From Eutreptiella sp. 'Long Island Sound 2002' (lineage: Eukaryota > Protista > Euglenida): DNA of 64,000 bases. Shown in pieces: positions 48,040-60,537 of the stretch (positions are counted from its first letter, which is position 1; each line of letters opens with the position of its first letter). The notes under the pieces were generated by a model. The model was not told the origin of the DNA and ran no database searches. It saw only the letters and a list, made by a program, of their open reading frames with translations. Location of the stretch: the NCBI GenBank assembly GCA_964036045.1, contig OZ038378.1:198772001-198836000 (forward strand), in the 5' to 3' direction. The position numbers and the translations under genes are program-made.

Positions 48040-49260
48040 TCTGGCAAACATCTCCTAGCTCCGCCGCCACACGGACACGGAGGTCGGGTGGGGCTGCCAC
48101 AGAGTCTCGGATCGCCCTTGGGAGGCATCCACGGCCTCCTCCGCGACTTTCCTTCCGAGCTTCTCCTGTGGGTGCTGTCTCTATGGGGCGACGGCAGGTT
48201 GCGCCGCCATGTCCCCTGCTTGCACAGCTGGCCTCCCCGGTCGGGTTGCCCATAATGCTTGGAAAAGGCGGCGCGCCGCCACCGGATACATGACCTCTTC
48301 TTCGTCATTTGCATCTTAGTCGACGAGGTTTGCGTGGCTCTATACCACCGTCGGTTCTCCAACGGAAATCCCATCTTGGGCGTTGAGTCTTGCTGCCACT
48401 ACATAAAGGGCAACCGTCGCCATCGTGTGTTGCCCCTCGACCGTCATGCCCTTGTTGGGCGGGAAGTGTCATGCCCCCGCTATCAGGAGCTTCGCGTCCT
48501 CCTAGGTGGAGGGTTGCATCTTCTTGTCGAACAATTCTGCTTGCTGCAGCAGCGCATTCCCTGTGTTACCCCGTGCCTCGTTCCATCGTCGCGCCTCAGC
48601 CGCAACGTACTCTGAGTACTTTGGTGCGTGCGGCTCTCGCCGAGCCTGCATGTGCCCGCTCTATCCCCGGTGTCCTTCTAAGGGGCACTGTCTATGCCTC
48701 CCATGGGTCCTTCATGGTGAGGGTAAGCCATAGTATCTTGTATTGCACTAGGAAGGACGCCGGCACGTCCGTTGCTGGCCTGCCTAGTGAGAGGGTGACA
48801 TCCGCAAACACGCCGTCCTGTTACCCCTCGTGTGCCCCAGCCCATCTCTCGTGTCAGCTGGCTGCTTGTTCTCAGGTGCCCTCACAAACTCTCAACTCTC
48901 GATGGTGGGTGACCCTGGTATCGCGCTGCCGGCCTCGTGCCGGTGCACCAGGGTCTTTCGCTCTCGCTATGGCGTAGGTTTGTAGTGCCCTTCTGGGGGC
49001 TCTCTCGCTGTCCATCAGTGCTGTCACCTACCACACGGAGGGCACGCCCCTGTTCCTTAGGCTCGTCTAACTGTGGCGCACAAAGAGGCACAATCAGAGG
49101 GTCTCGGCCGGCGCACTGACCCCGTTGGGCACCAGCCGTCTGCCATAGCATCTTCTGCATTCTATTGTGTCATGTTGTGTCGTGTTGCGTCGGCTGCACT
49201 CCCATTTTGAGCAAGTTGTGGGTTGTAGTCTCCGCTTCCTCACGCGGGACCGTTGACTGG
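48040..49260 (-). pseudogene. Decayed minus-strand ORF, possibly gag-like
   Basis: Long protein-like reading (EYVAAEARRWNEARG...MYPVAARRLFQALWATRP) interrupted by scattered stops and frameshifts. No motif recognised. Confidence 0.4.
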
Positions 49261-49289
49261 GGGCCTTTTACAGGCTTGCCCGGTGTAAT

Positions 49290-50350
49290 TCTCTTCGTGC
49301 ACTCGGGGCTTCCTGGGACGAAGGATGGGACACATAGCCAAGTGATTGCAACGAAACTCCTGGCAAAGACGATACACAGGTTTGACATGCCCAACATATG
49401 GCTAGAGCAATCCGTCGAGGACATTTTGGCGTCCGGATACGACAGAGATCGGGTCCCAGAAGTGGGGCGCAGGTTATGGGAGCTGTTGGAGATGCATGGC
49501 TGGTCCGCGGCCCAAAATCGCAATTAGAGCTGACGACAAGCATGGAATGGATGGGAAAGCAATTTTTGGACGGCAAGAGCTAGAGCATTGAGTCATCAGC
49601 CGGGTGTGCCGCGGGGATGATGACATTGTGGGTACACTTGGCGACCCCGGGATAGTGCCAACAGTTACTACGTAGGCTGCTCGGCAAGCTAGCTTGAGCG
49701 GACCGGCTGGCAAGAGAAACGAGCCAACATACCAGTGGGGCAAATGTGTGGTTGATGTGGGGGCCAACAAATGCGAAGTAGACCCCACCCAAGGTACTTA
49801 AGACGTTGGCAGAGGCCAACGCCACTGCAACGGGACCATCCATGGCGTGCAGGACAGAGGTGCCATAGGGTGTGCACATGTGCGTGGACGCTGCGGGCCA
49901 CGAGGAGACATATGTGGTGGGAGTGTGGTCAGACCAAGCAAGGGCTCGGGTGTGGCAAGCCCCACCGGTGGTGTGGAACCAACAAGCGGCAGAACTACAT
50001 GCAGTGGATAGGGCGGTCAGGCCGGCGGCGCAGAGAGGCATGAAGGAGTTAAATTCGGGAGTCGACAAGTTGGCGGAGGTGTGGTCTATACTGAACAAGA
50101 GGACCAAGATCCATCACAGGGACAGCAACGATGGTGCGATGGGTAGAGCTGTACATGGACTCAACGGTGAAGAATTCAGAATTGAATGAATTGGCTATAG
50201 AGAGGCAAGTTGGAGACGCAAAACGGACCGCTCACATTGTTTACCCGTGCACCACACCAAGGCGGTCCGTAGTCTATGGATGCAGAGTGCCCCAAGTAGG
50301 CGTGGTCTGCTAATTGTAGACACTGCTGGCATGTTGTAGACACAAAGTCC
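49290..50350 (+). mobile_element. RT-RNaseH fragment of the same YR retrotransposon group
   Basis: HSQVIA...SVEDILASG (decayed xxDD, 49414), PKSQLE...EWMGKQF (parallels SPKSQLD...SWMGKQI in the 21-kb element), CVDAA (49884), NQQAAELHAV, VDK(N). Confidence 0.78.
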
Positions 50351-50576
50351 TTTGGCCCATCCTCCTTTCCGTGGTTTATCTAGCGCCGCGGCTCCCGTGC
50401 TCACTCACGCCGCTCGGCAAAGCTAGCTGTGCCAGTGGAGTCGCTATCCCACCGGCTACTATTTTTGGAGGGTTTCTCTGCTGTTGCCAGGTCACCAGTA
50501 GGGGGAGGGGGGGTCTGGACAAAAGGGGGAGGGGGTACACCGCCACAGAACACAAGAAGTAGTGGACACAACCATG

Positions 50577-50703
50577 GTGATGGTATGGTATGGTACGGTA
50601 CGGTACGGTACGGTACGGTACGGTACGGTACGGTACGGTACGGTACGGTACGGTACGGTACGGTATGGTATGGTATGGTATGGTATGGTATGGTATGGTA
50701 TGG
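50577..50703. repeat. (GGTAC)n/(GGTAT)n pentanucleotide array
   Basis: Directly visible. Confidence 0.95.
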
Positions 50704-51364
50704 TTAGAGGGAGGGCAAGGGGAGGTTAGGGGAGTTGTGATGCTTGGCCTTGGGGGCATGCACGCCCCCCCCAGCTCAGTATCCAGCGCTTCATTCCCCA
50801 ATTAATCCCTCTTGCCCCCCCCCCCTTCCCCCTCCCCAAACCCCTCTCCTAGCCCCCCCCCCCCCTCCCTAGGGAAATGTCGGCCAACAATTGGGGGGGG
50901 GGGTTAGTCAGCGTCGAAACCTGAGGGGTCGCCCCCCCCCCCCCTGTGCAGCAACGTGTGGTTGTTCATGCAGAATGAAAAAAAATTGGGTGCCCGTAAC
51001 AGACGATGTTGGAGTGGATCCTTGCAGCAGCAGAGAGGTCTTCCCTCCTCCATCTTAACCCAATTTTGAATTTGGTGCATGCATGGCGTTCCACCCCCTC
51101 TCTGCGCAGAGCAAGGTGAGCATAGTGGCCAAATTGTCTTGCGGCCGCCTGACCAATCAACCTAACAGGGAATGACCACTTCGTTAAAAGAGTCTGTTAC
51201 AATAAAGGAGGAGACGTAAAATGACACAACCGTCCACATAAATCCAGTGTTCCTTACGAGTTACAGCTGGCCCCAGCTGCTTTATGTACACTACAACCAA
51301 TAAAACAGTACAAAGGGCCACTGATGCCTGTAGATTGCTTTGACATGGTCACTTGGCCCTGGCG

Positions 51365-51385
51365 CCACATTCCTTACCATTGCAG
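51365..51385 (+). promoter_or_regulatory. Candidate splice acceptor (trans or cis) before the ARL16-like ATG
   Basis: CCACATTCCTTACCATTGCAG with AG at 51384-85, 17 nt before ATG 51403. Confidence 0.45.
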
Positions 51386-51402
51386 AGAATGTCATCTTAT
51401 TG

Positions 51403-51515
51403 ATGTGTTGCTGCTCCATGCCCTCCAAGAAGAAGAAGAACTTCACGCAGTGTGTGAGTGCTGTGATCCTTGGTCTTGAAGGCTGTGGCAAGACCACTCT
51501 GGTCAAGCAGTTCAG
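51403..51515 (+). CDS. ARL16: ARL16-like Arf-family small GTPase, exon 1 (P-loop)
   Basis: MCCCSMPSKKKKNF...VILGLEGCGKTTLVKQFR (GxxxxGKT). Donor CAG|GTGTGT at 51516, phase 2. Start codon uncertain. Confidence 0.8.
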
Positions 51516-53458
51516 GTGTGTCATCGCAGGGGGTAAGTGGTGCAAATGCAGAAAAGGGTGCAGAGACCGCTCATTGCCACCCTTGACAAGGGGTGGGGGG
51601 TCCTTCAAGAAGGGTAGTCAAAAAGGAAGTTTTGGTGATGGCTCGGAATAGGGCCATGAATCTGTCCATGCATTGAGCCCTCGAAACCTTTGTTCATGCA
51701 TGGTGTCTGACCCTGTTGTCTCTTGGAATCTCTGATCCTCACGGACCCTCCAAATGTGACTCAACTGTGCCTGCGGCTAGGGTGAAGGGTAACACAATAT
51801 CTCTCGGGGACATTCATAATATGCCAACTTTGTGGGTTTTGGCACTTTTCGGCATTTTCTACAAGTTTTGCTTCCATGTGCAAATATGTCGTCACCTAGG
51901 GGGGGGGGGGGTTGTGTATACTTTTTGAAATCTGCAAAAAAACGCCATTTCAGAAATGTATGGGTTTGGGAGGGGGTCACATTTTTCAGCATAGCACAAC
52001 ACATCGGACGGTGCACACAAACATGGCACTGCACCGTTCATCCATTGTTATTTTGAATCACTGTCATTGTCAGCATTCCCTTTTTCAGGCAGGGCTGGGA
52101 CCCCATTAGGGCAGACATCCCCCTGTTTGTGGACAAGGACATATTTCTTCAATTTTTCCCAATCCTGCAACCTCCGTGCCTTCACTAGCACCCAACCTTC
52201 GTTAAGGGGCATGGCCCACAGGCCATCGGTTGTGAGGTCCACATTTCGTTGTTTGGTCAACCCCACCTTGCGCCTTTTTGCCTTCCTGCCGGGCTCATCC
52301 CGAGACACGTGCACCCAGTTTACACCCCCAGAGGGAGCCCTTTTGCGCGTCAAAGGCTTTTGTGGTGCGTCCGGGGAAGCAACAGCACGTGGCGTGGATT
52401 TGTATGAAGACATGGCAGCTGCCTGTTGACAACAAGAGGCAGCAAACAACGCAAGCATCGTCCAAAATGGACGAAAATCTCAGACATGTCGTCAGTCCAG
52501 CATGCAGACCTGGGGTGTTCCAAATGGCCCTTTTCAAGGGCTTTCCAAATATACCCCACAAACCCCTACCTCCGGAACACTCAGTTGGCACAAATGAGGC
52601 AACAATGGCACCGACCCCCGAAAACCCACAAAGTTGGCATATTCCCCAACGTCCCCGAGAGATTTTGAAATGGTCCATGTTGCAGTTTTATGCTCCTCCC
52701 CATCATTCATCATTCTGAACATGTCTATCACACGGTGCCGGATGTCATAGCCAATCGTGCAAGGTTTTCACTGAACGGCGCTCGATGACGCAACTCTCCT
52801 CATTGCTTAATTGCAAGAGTCTTGTTCTGGCAGAGGTCTATGGGCAGGAATTTTGGTGTGCTACTGTTGCCTCATGTGAGGTGGCACCTGTGGGTAGGCA
52901 TGTGAGCTCACCAACCGTTTCGCAGGATCGATTTGGGGGCGGGGTGTGTGCCCCAGCATGTGCACGTTCCAACACCCGCAAGAATGCACTGATCGCTTTT
53001 GCGGTGTGCAGCACTCAGAAGAAAGGCATCGCAAAGTTGCCGTCTGACCTGCACCTCTGCCAGAACAAGACCCAAAGAAGCAAGGCCGGGATGTATCCAC
53101 ACCCGGATGCCTCCCGGTACATCATAGATCACGGGAAAAACAGGGGAAACAGGGGAAACGGGGGGGAAACGGGGAAAACCCGGGGGGGGGGGGGAAGCGG
53201 GGGAAAGCGGGGGAAAAGGAGGAAACACGGGGAAAGGGGGGGCGGGGGGGGGGGAGAGGTGAGATACCCATTTCCTGGCTGTTTTCTCGGCGCCAGTGTT
53301 GCTGTCCAGTGCCTTTCTGTGAGGGTCCGTTGGGTGTAGCCCTCTGAGGTCATGAAGGTCAAGAACATGTCAGAGAGTTGCAGGCCGTTTGCAAACGCAC
53401 GTGCTGCAGTATAGTTTGTCCTTCCTCCCGTGAAGTGACACTTGCTGACGTTCTGCAG

Positions 53459-53639
53459 GAAGTACAGCCTTGATGGCAGCTGTGGGGAAGGCGGCAGTAT
53501 AGAAATTACCCCGACTGCAGGGGCTGAGATGGACTCTTGGGTTGACAAGGACACGTGCATAAAAATCAAGGATGTAGGCGGCGTCTTTGTCCCATCATGG
53601 CCAAAATATTTGAAGGAGTTCGATGTATTGATATACGTG
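53459..53639 (+). CDS. ARL16: ARL16-like GTPase, exon 2 (switch I/II)
   Basis: Acceptor ttctgcag|G (phase 2). ITPTAG (G2), IKIKDVGG (G3), WPKYL...LIYV. Donor GTG|GTATGT at 53640. Confidence 0.88.
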
Positions 53640-54625
53640 GTATGTCTTTGTCTGTCAGCCAGGGCAACCCGAAGGGATGGGGAACAGCCCCTTCCCTTTG
53701 CAGTCCCCCTTCCGAGTGTGCCCCTATGCCCAGTTTTGCGGGGTTCTGTGCTCCCCTTGCGTGGCCTCCTGGTCCTCTTCCTCCCGTTTCCACGTGCAGC
53801 AGAGCCAATGCAGTACACCTCAATTTTTGGGGAAGCCATGGTTTTGTCCCTGCTTTCACCCTTGTGCCAATGGGTTTCCTCCCGGAAGCAGAGCCGGGTG
53901 AAGCTTTTAAACAGGATGAAGACTGGGGAGGAAGGAAGAACACAAGCAGGGTATGGCGCGCTGGTGGATGGCATTCTGTAGGGGAAAAGAAAGGGGGAGG
54001 AAGCCACAGGAGGGCCAACCTGCCATTGGTTGGCAAACAATAGGAACTGGCGACACCACCGACAAGCAAAAGCATCAAGTGTCAAGGACTGTCATCGCAA
54101 CTCTGACGCTGAGGACTCCGACTCCGCAGTCTTCTTCTGTGTGTCACCGTCCCCACTCACCCTAAACTGGAATTTGGCCGCAGTGTTCTCAGCCCCGTAG
54201 TGAATAGTGACCAGCTATGCCTGAATGCCCCCCCCCCCCCCCCTTCTCTCTGGTACTGATATTGTATGCAATACAACCCGCTGATTCATCTCAGCCTTCA
54301 GTCTTCACACCGCTGTCTTTTTCAGCCGACAGTTATTGTGCCTCATGCACACTGGGAAGCCTACGGGCGTGGCAGTCTCCCACTGCATACCCTGGTTTCA
54401 GACTCAGCTAATCCTCACTACGTGTCAGATCCGCTATCACAGCCATTGTGGGATCATCGTAACACTGGACAGCTCTGAACCTTGATTCCGAGAGGTCATC
54501 TCGAGTACCGTAAAGTGAGTGGGCTACGCCGGCTCACCTTGGTCTGCGCTTCACAAAAAAGCCTTGTAAACAGGATGAGAATGAGGAGATGGTACACAAC
54601 ATGACCCTGCCGCTGCATCCTGCAG

Positions 54626-54784
54626 GTGGACATGTCGGATAGTACGCAGCTTGCCAGCACTTGCATCGAGCTGTACAATCTGCTGAACCTACCTAATGTG
54701 AATGGCAAGTCTGTGTTGCTATTGCTCTCCAAAGTTGACATGCCTTCCCTGTTCACGAGAGCCACCTTTCAGCAGCTGTCACAG
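54626..54784 (+). CDS. ARL16: ARL16-like GTPase, exon 3 (G4)
   Basis: Acceptor cctgcag|GTG. VDMSDSTQLASTCIELYNLL...VLLLLSKVDMP resembles, from memory, ARL16 DASDPTQLSASCVQLLGLL...LFNKIDLP. This exon is absent from the ORF track. Donor CAG|GTCTGA at 54785. Confidence 0.85.
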
Positions 54785-55189
54785 GTCTGAGATCATGTAG
54801 GGGCTTTCGTGTGTGTGCGCTCAGGCATTTGACGCTTGTAAGTACTGCGAGAGGCACTATTCGTGTTTAGAAGGCCGCTGCGGTTCTGGTGACGTACTTT
54901 GGAGTCGTTCCATTAATGCTCTCTTGGTGTAGCTGGGTGCAGATGCCCTGTCTGCGCGCTCCAGTACCTCTTAACCCCAATGCTGTAGCTGCGATGAAGC
55001 AGTCTTTCGCTGAAGGTCCCTTTTTTTCTCTTATTGTTCATATTATGTGTGTCATGCCAGAACAGCCCAAATGCATTTCCAGTTCCGCCCACAGCAGAGC
55101 CATTTCACTGATCCTTTGTGGCAGTGCATCTGCTCAGTATTAGGCTGTTATGAGGGACAAATTGGACTTTGATGATTTTCATGGAACGG

Positions 55190-55720
55190 ATGGCAACTGT
55201 GTAAGAGGAAGGATGTTGTGATGAGGATCAGTCTTGTAAAGACGACTGAAGGGTTGTTGTTGTGAGGAGAATCAGTGTCGTGAGGAGGATCAGTGAAGAG
55301 GGCCGGCATTTGACTGTGTTTGAAGGACATCAGTGTGTGAAGAGGATGAGTCTTGTACAGAATCTTGGTGTGGTGAAGAAGATCGGTGTCGTGAACAGGA
55401 CAGGTGTTCGAAGAGCACAACACCGAATAGGGTCAGCGTTGTGAACAGGATCGGTGTCATGAAGAATTTCAGTGCTGCGAATGGATCGAGAATCAGTGTT
55501 GCGAAGGGGATCGCTGCATGAAATGATGTGTTTGTTAAGAGGACCGGTTTGAGAGAGTAGGATCACTTTTCGAAGAGCTGGTGTGAAGATGCTCTGTGTT
55601 GTGAAGTGTACAACGGTGTTGTGAAGGGGATGGGGCGTTGTGGACAGGATTCGCATTGTGTAGATGATTGGTGTTGTCAAGAGCATTGGTGTGTTAAGAG
55701 GATAGATAATGCGAAGAGGA
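55190..55720. repeat. Degenerate ~20-bp minisatellite (GTGAAGAGGATCGGTGTT)n
   Basis: Many diverged units. The reverse complement recurs at 58733-58826, and both orientations occur at 59398-59595. Confidence 0.85.
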
Positions 55721-55829
55721 TTAATTTTTTTGGTGGGGGGTTCCTACGAAATCGGATGTCTCGACCTGGTTTAGGACAACCTCCCCCTGTTTTCTAAATG
55801 TGCATTGGGGGGTGAAGGGTATTTGACAA

Positions 55830-58500
55830 TGCAAACCTACTTTTTTCTAGATAATGTCTATGGTGACACAATTTTCCATCTCCGTTGAGGGCCTTGGGAC
55901 CCTAGGGATTATGTAGGCAATTTAGTGTTCCCCCTCCTTGGGGACCCTAAGACGGCATGCAGCCACTTCCTCCCCATCTTGACAACCCTGCAACAGGAGG
56001 GTTATGTGTAACTTTGGTGATTCATGTCCACTTTGGGGACCCCCAAAACTGAAGGCGGGGAGTGTCAGTGTGCGAGACGTGCGCTGGGCATCTTTTTGGG
56101 CCATTTTTGATACAGACCCCTAATCCACGCTTTTTGCATGGCCCCTTTCCAATTGGGGATATGGACTAGCCCCTTTCCGGTTTGGGATATGGACTTATAA
56201 AGGCCGGATTCATGTCATTGTGTCATTCATTGGAAGAAAGAATGGAATTTTAACGGCCCGGCAACGGTCGTACAATGATGTCCATGGGTGGTATAGGGCA
56301 CGCATTGAGCATTTGTGTAGAGAGTTGTGGCATTGGGGTTTAGTTAGGAACATCTAGTGTGGCATCCCTAATGAGTTGCACCAGTCCGTTGTGTGTGTTG
56401 TTGCATTTCACACAATTTTGCTTTCGGGGGTAGGTCCGTCACCCTCCTTATGGACCATGGGACCATGACCCGCCTCATGTCTGGACTGATAAAAGCAACT
56501 CGGCTGCCATGTAAGATGAGGGAGATGGTAAGGTAGATGTGTGTGCCTTGTGTTGTCACAAGCACTCCACCATCAGCTTGTGGTGAGTGCTAGGACCATT
56601 ATTGTGACGAATGTATTGATGCCCACACTTGTGGGGAACAGATTGTTTTTTCGCCAATACATAAATAATACAAATTGATGTTGAAATTCTCCATTTTGCC
56701 TCATGCAGCGTGCTTTGTAGGGAAGGTTTGCGGTCCACTCTGGTCGACTTGGGGTGCTCCTCTAGGGGAGGGTGAATCCGACGTTGAAGTCAGGATAGTC
56801 AATACAACAGTAGCGCACCGGGCAAACACACCTGCGGCACTTCTCATTCTTCCCCATAATAGCGGGCCAGGACAGCAAGAGTTATGTGGCCCTTTATATT
56901 CTTTCCCACTTTTGGGCCCCTGAGAGGGTAGGCTAGAGGTCGAGGAAACTCTTTGCAAGATTGTGGAGGTTGAATTGTGTCATGCCTTCAACTTAAAATC
57001 GTGTCGCAAAAACAAGACGTGCAAGTGCAATCCGGTAACCACACCCCTAGATTGAGGTCATCTACAAGCGGCATATTAGAAGCCCTTTTTCATCTTAGTG
57101 CAACCCTTTTTGAAACCTTGCCATGTTCATTTGCTGCTTGAAAAGGGGAATGAAGCCATAGACACCACCAAGCATGAAACAAATGGATACCAATGATCCC
57201 ATGGATCCTTCTACCCTAGAGTGTTAGGTACTTTGCCATGGTCCCAACTGGAATGCAGCACATGTCACATGCAAGATGTGGCACATTGCCACCACTGTAA
57301 TAGAGAAGCAAATCAACGGCAGCCCACCACAAACAACCCACGGTTTGGTCATCCTTCCTCACCAAGTGGCCATGTGAGGGATGATGCATTCACTGTGCAC
57401 TGTTGGTCTTTTGTGGTGTGATGTTGATGGTGCATGTTTTAATCGTACCACAAACGATGCACGTGCAAGAACATGCAATCCCAATCTCCGATTAGTTTTG
57501 ACCTCAGCCAATGACAAATGACCCTAACATGCTGCAGTGGACTAGGCATTTTGGTATACAATGTGTGCTTCGGTGTCAGTATGTGCTATTTGTGATGCCA
57601 AAGTGAATGCACGCAATTGTTGGATGATCTAAAATGAAAAGGGAAAGGCCCTGCTAGCAAGCAAACAACCCATTACTAGCCCAACCACCCCAACCAGCCC
57701 TGACCATGTTGCAAGCCCGCTGTAGGTTGGCCGCCAGTGAGCCGGCTCGTTTCCAGAGCACCAGTAGTGGTTGTGGTCTTGAGCCTTTATCCTAAAGTGA
57801 GCAGCATGTAGAGACCTTAGTGTCACGCCAAAAATACAAACAGTCAAAAGCGTTGGATTGTTGTCGTGGTGCCTCAACAGGTACGGTGTAACATACTGTG
57901 ATGGATGCACTGCTGATGAGAAAAGCGCACATGATTTGCTAGGATCCCGGTGTGTGGGGCCGGGGGAGCTTGTAAAACCACTCGATTTGGCCAATGGGCA
58001 GTGCTACAAAGCCATGCACATGCAAAACAAGGGGGGTCCGATTCTGCTGCAAATCGACAACATGATAGTTCTCCAAAACTACTCCCTTTTCCACCCCCCC
58101 CCCCAAGCCTTAGTTACAAAACTATTTCCACATTAAATAGGTGAATGGAAGCACTGCGCTTTCCATGCTTGTTTTTTTTTTTTTTTTGCATTTTTGCCCT
58201 TTGTGCATTGTGTTTGAGCAACCCATTGGGTTTGCACCTCTTCAATGGGCTCGTTTGCTACTGTGGCTACGAGATAGGGCGCCAAGCTAGGTTGCGATGC
58301 CTGTCGCAATGGAGGACAATTTCCATGAGTGCCCCTCCCCTTTTCTCCTTGCATGTGCAATCCAAAGCCAGAGGCACAAAATCCACCACCAAGCAAGGAA
58401 AGAAATAGTGTCGCTGACAAGTATGGGTGAGCATGCATTGCTGGTGGCCATTGAAATGGCCGGGTGCCGGCATGGGGTCCGCAGCAGATTTGGGGCACCA
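55830..58500 (-). mobile_element. Diverged second copy of the element at 60-2330, in ARL16 intron 3
   Basis: Shares the motifs listed for 245-460, with a single diverged copy of the 48-bp unit at ~56120. The right boundary is a guess. Confidence 0.4.
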
Positions 58501-60402
58501 CTTGACAGCTAGGATGAATTTTCCCATCCATGCGTGCATCCTTTGAAAAAAAGGGTAGTTTTGAGTGTTTTGGGGGGGGGGGACAGGGGCGGGGTTAGCC
58601 AAAAGAAGCGGGAGAGGATTGGGGGGGGGGGATTGCCCAAAGGTGGGTGGGTGGTGTGGAGGGGGAGGACGGGGGGGGGGGGGGCAACTATAGAGCCAAC
58701 ATGAGTGGTATTTATGTTCAAGGGCACAACAACGATACTGTTCACAATGCCGATCCTCCGCTTGCCTTATCATTTTTGCTTCTCTTCACAAAATCGATCG
58801 TTTTCACAACACCAATCCTCTTTACATATTCACCTGGGAAGGGGGGGGGGGTTCTGGGAAAACAAATTTTGAAAAATGAGGGGTTCGGGTGTGGGGGTTG
58901 GCGAAAAAGTGACTGGTGGCACACCTCAATGTTTGGGCAAGGCATCTTTGACCATTCCATAATCCCCAAGGGGATGCCCCTCGGGAACGCTTTTCCTCCG
59001 GCACGCCCTGCAGCGCACAACTGGGGTCATTATCACATATCAGCGCATAGAGGGTGGTGCATGCATACAGGCATTTTTACATAGCGGATACCTCTATCTA
59101 TGATTTGTTTCACATTTATTTGCTACATTCTCTCTTTTGGCGCTCTTCCTCTCATAAATGGTGCATTTGTTGCCCATCCCCAATTCGGTATTGGCTATGC
59201 AGCCACTTGAATCCTCTCTGCTTTGGCCAACCCAAGAGGCAGGGGTTCTAAAGCCATTTTGAGCCCACTCCGCTTTAGCTATTTTGAGTCATTGGCCCTC
59301 TGGCCTGAGGATATGGAGCCACAATACATGGTGCAAGGGGCAATTCCCCTTTGTGGCAAATGATGCTGCAGCCAACATAGTGCCCAAACCCAAACCTGCA
59401 TTGTGAAGTGGATCGATGTTGTGAGGTGGATTGGTGTGCTGAACCCCTTTACACACAAATCAGAATTTGTTCCCCTCCTCTTCGCATGTACCACACAAGC
59501 CAATCCCCTTCACAACACCAATCCACTTCACAGCACTGATCCATTTCACAACACCGATCCATTTCACAGCCCCAATGCACTTTACAACACCATGTTATTT
59601 TGGGACCGGAACCATCTCATTTCAGATCCACTGAAATAAATAAGGGCCATTTTCTGGATGCATTATTTCCTCAATGCTTAGCAATGAAAGGGCCATTGGA
59701 CACCTCAAAATTACCGTGCAGGCTTCTTTGCTCAAATGTACTCATGTCAGCAGGCAGAATCCGTGGTGTTTCGACGTGCACCCTCAGCTTCAGCGCAATG
59801 GACAGCTTGTCTTAGGCCTCAAGATGGGGGGTACCTGTTGCACCCGTTTTCAATCGAAATCTGCAACTAATGCACCATTTCCGCTAGGCTCCTCCAATCA
59901 AAATGAGGATCAACGCGCCATTGACAAATAGGCAGAACCTATGGGGGGTAGTGACGGGTCTGGCTACACCCCAGCCCCTAACCCCCCTCCTTCCAGACCC
60001 CCCAGCCTCCGCCAATGGGGAACAGCAGGCATCAATCGGGGACACGCAGCAGGCATCGCCAGGTGCCTTCGCTGGTTCATTTGTGTGTCTCCTGGAGTAC
60101 CCTATTTTCTTTCACTCATGGTGAATGACCCAATTGGGTCTTACCCCCCGACTTGTGTATATCGAAAATTCTCAGAATGAGACACGGAATTCAAACATTC
60201 CCCAAAACTGGGGGAAAGTTTGACCCCCACCACCACCCCAACCCCTCCGAACCCCCCTCCTCATGCCGTGGTGGTTGAGGTCCAAAACTGAAATGAATTA
60301 CCCCTATTGTTGCCACCACCTCCACAGCCACCAAAACTAAGGACGGGTTCTTTTCTTCTGGGGGGATTTGCAGCACACGACATGGATCGCACATGTTTGC
60401 AG

Positions 60403-60537
60403 GTCGATAGCATCTTGAAGCACAACCCTCGACTTGAGTTGCACATTCTTGAGGTCAGTGCGTTTACTGCGCAGAACGTTGACAAATGTGTGCAATGGTT
60501 GCTGGACCACAGACGCCCAGCGACGGCGAACGATTGA
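60403..60537 (+). CDS. ARL16: ARL16-like GTPase, exon 4 (G5, last)
   Basis: Acceptor tttgcag|GTC (phase 0). ILEVSAFTAQNVDKCVQWL is a typical Arf C-terminal G5/helix. TGA 60535-60537. Confidence 0.85.
   Translation, partial: VDSILKHNPRLELHILEVSAFTAQNVDKCVQWLLDHRRPATAND

Noticed and set aside
57905-57960. CTGATGAG at 57913
   Set aside because: No stem II, downstream GAAA or cleavage triplet in register.
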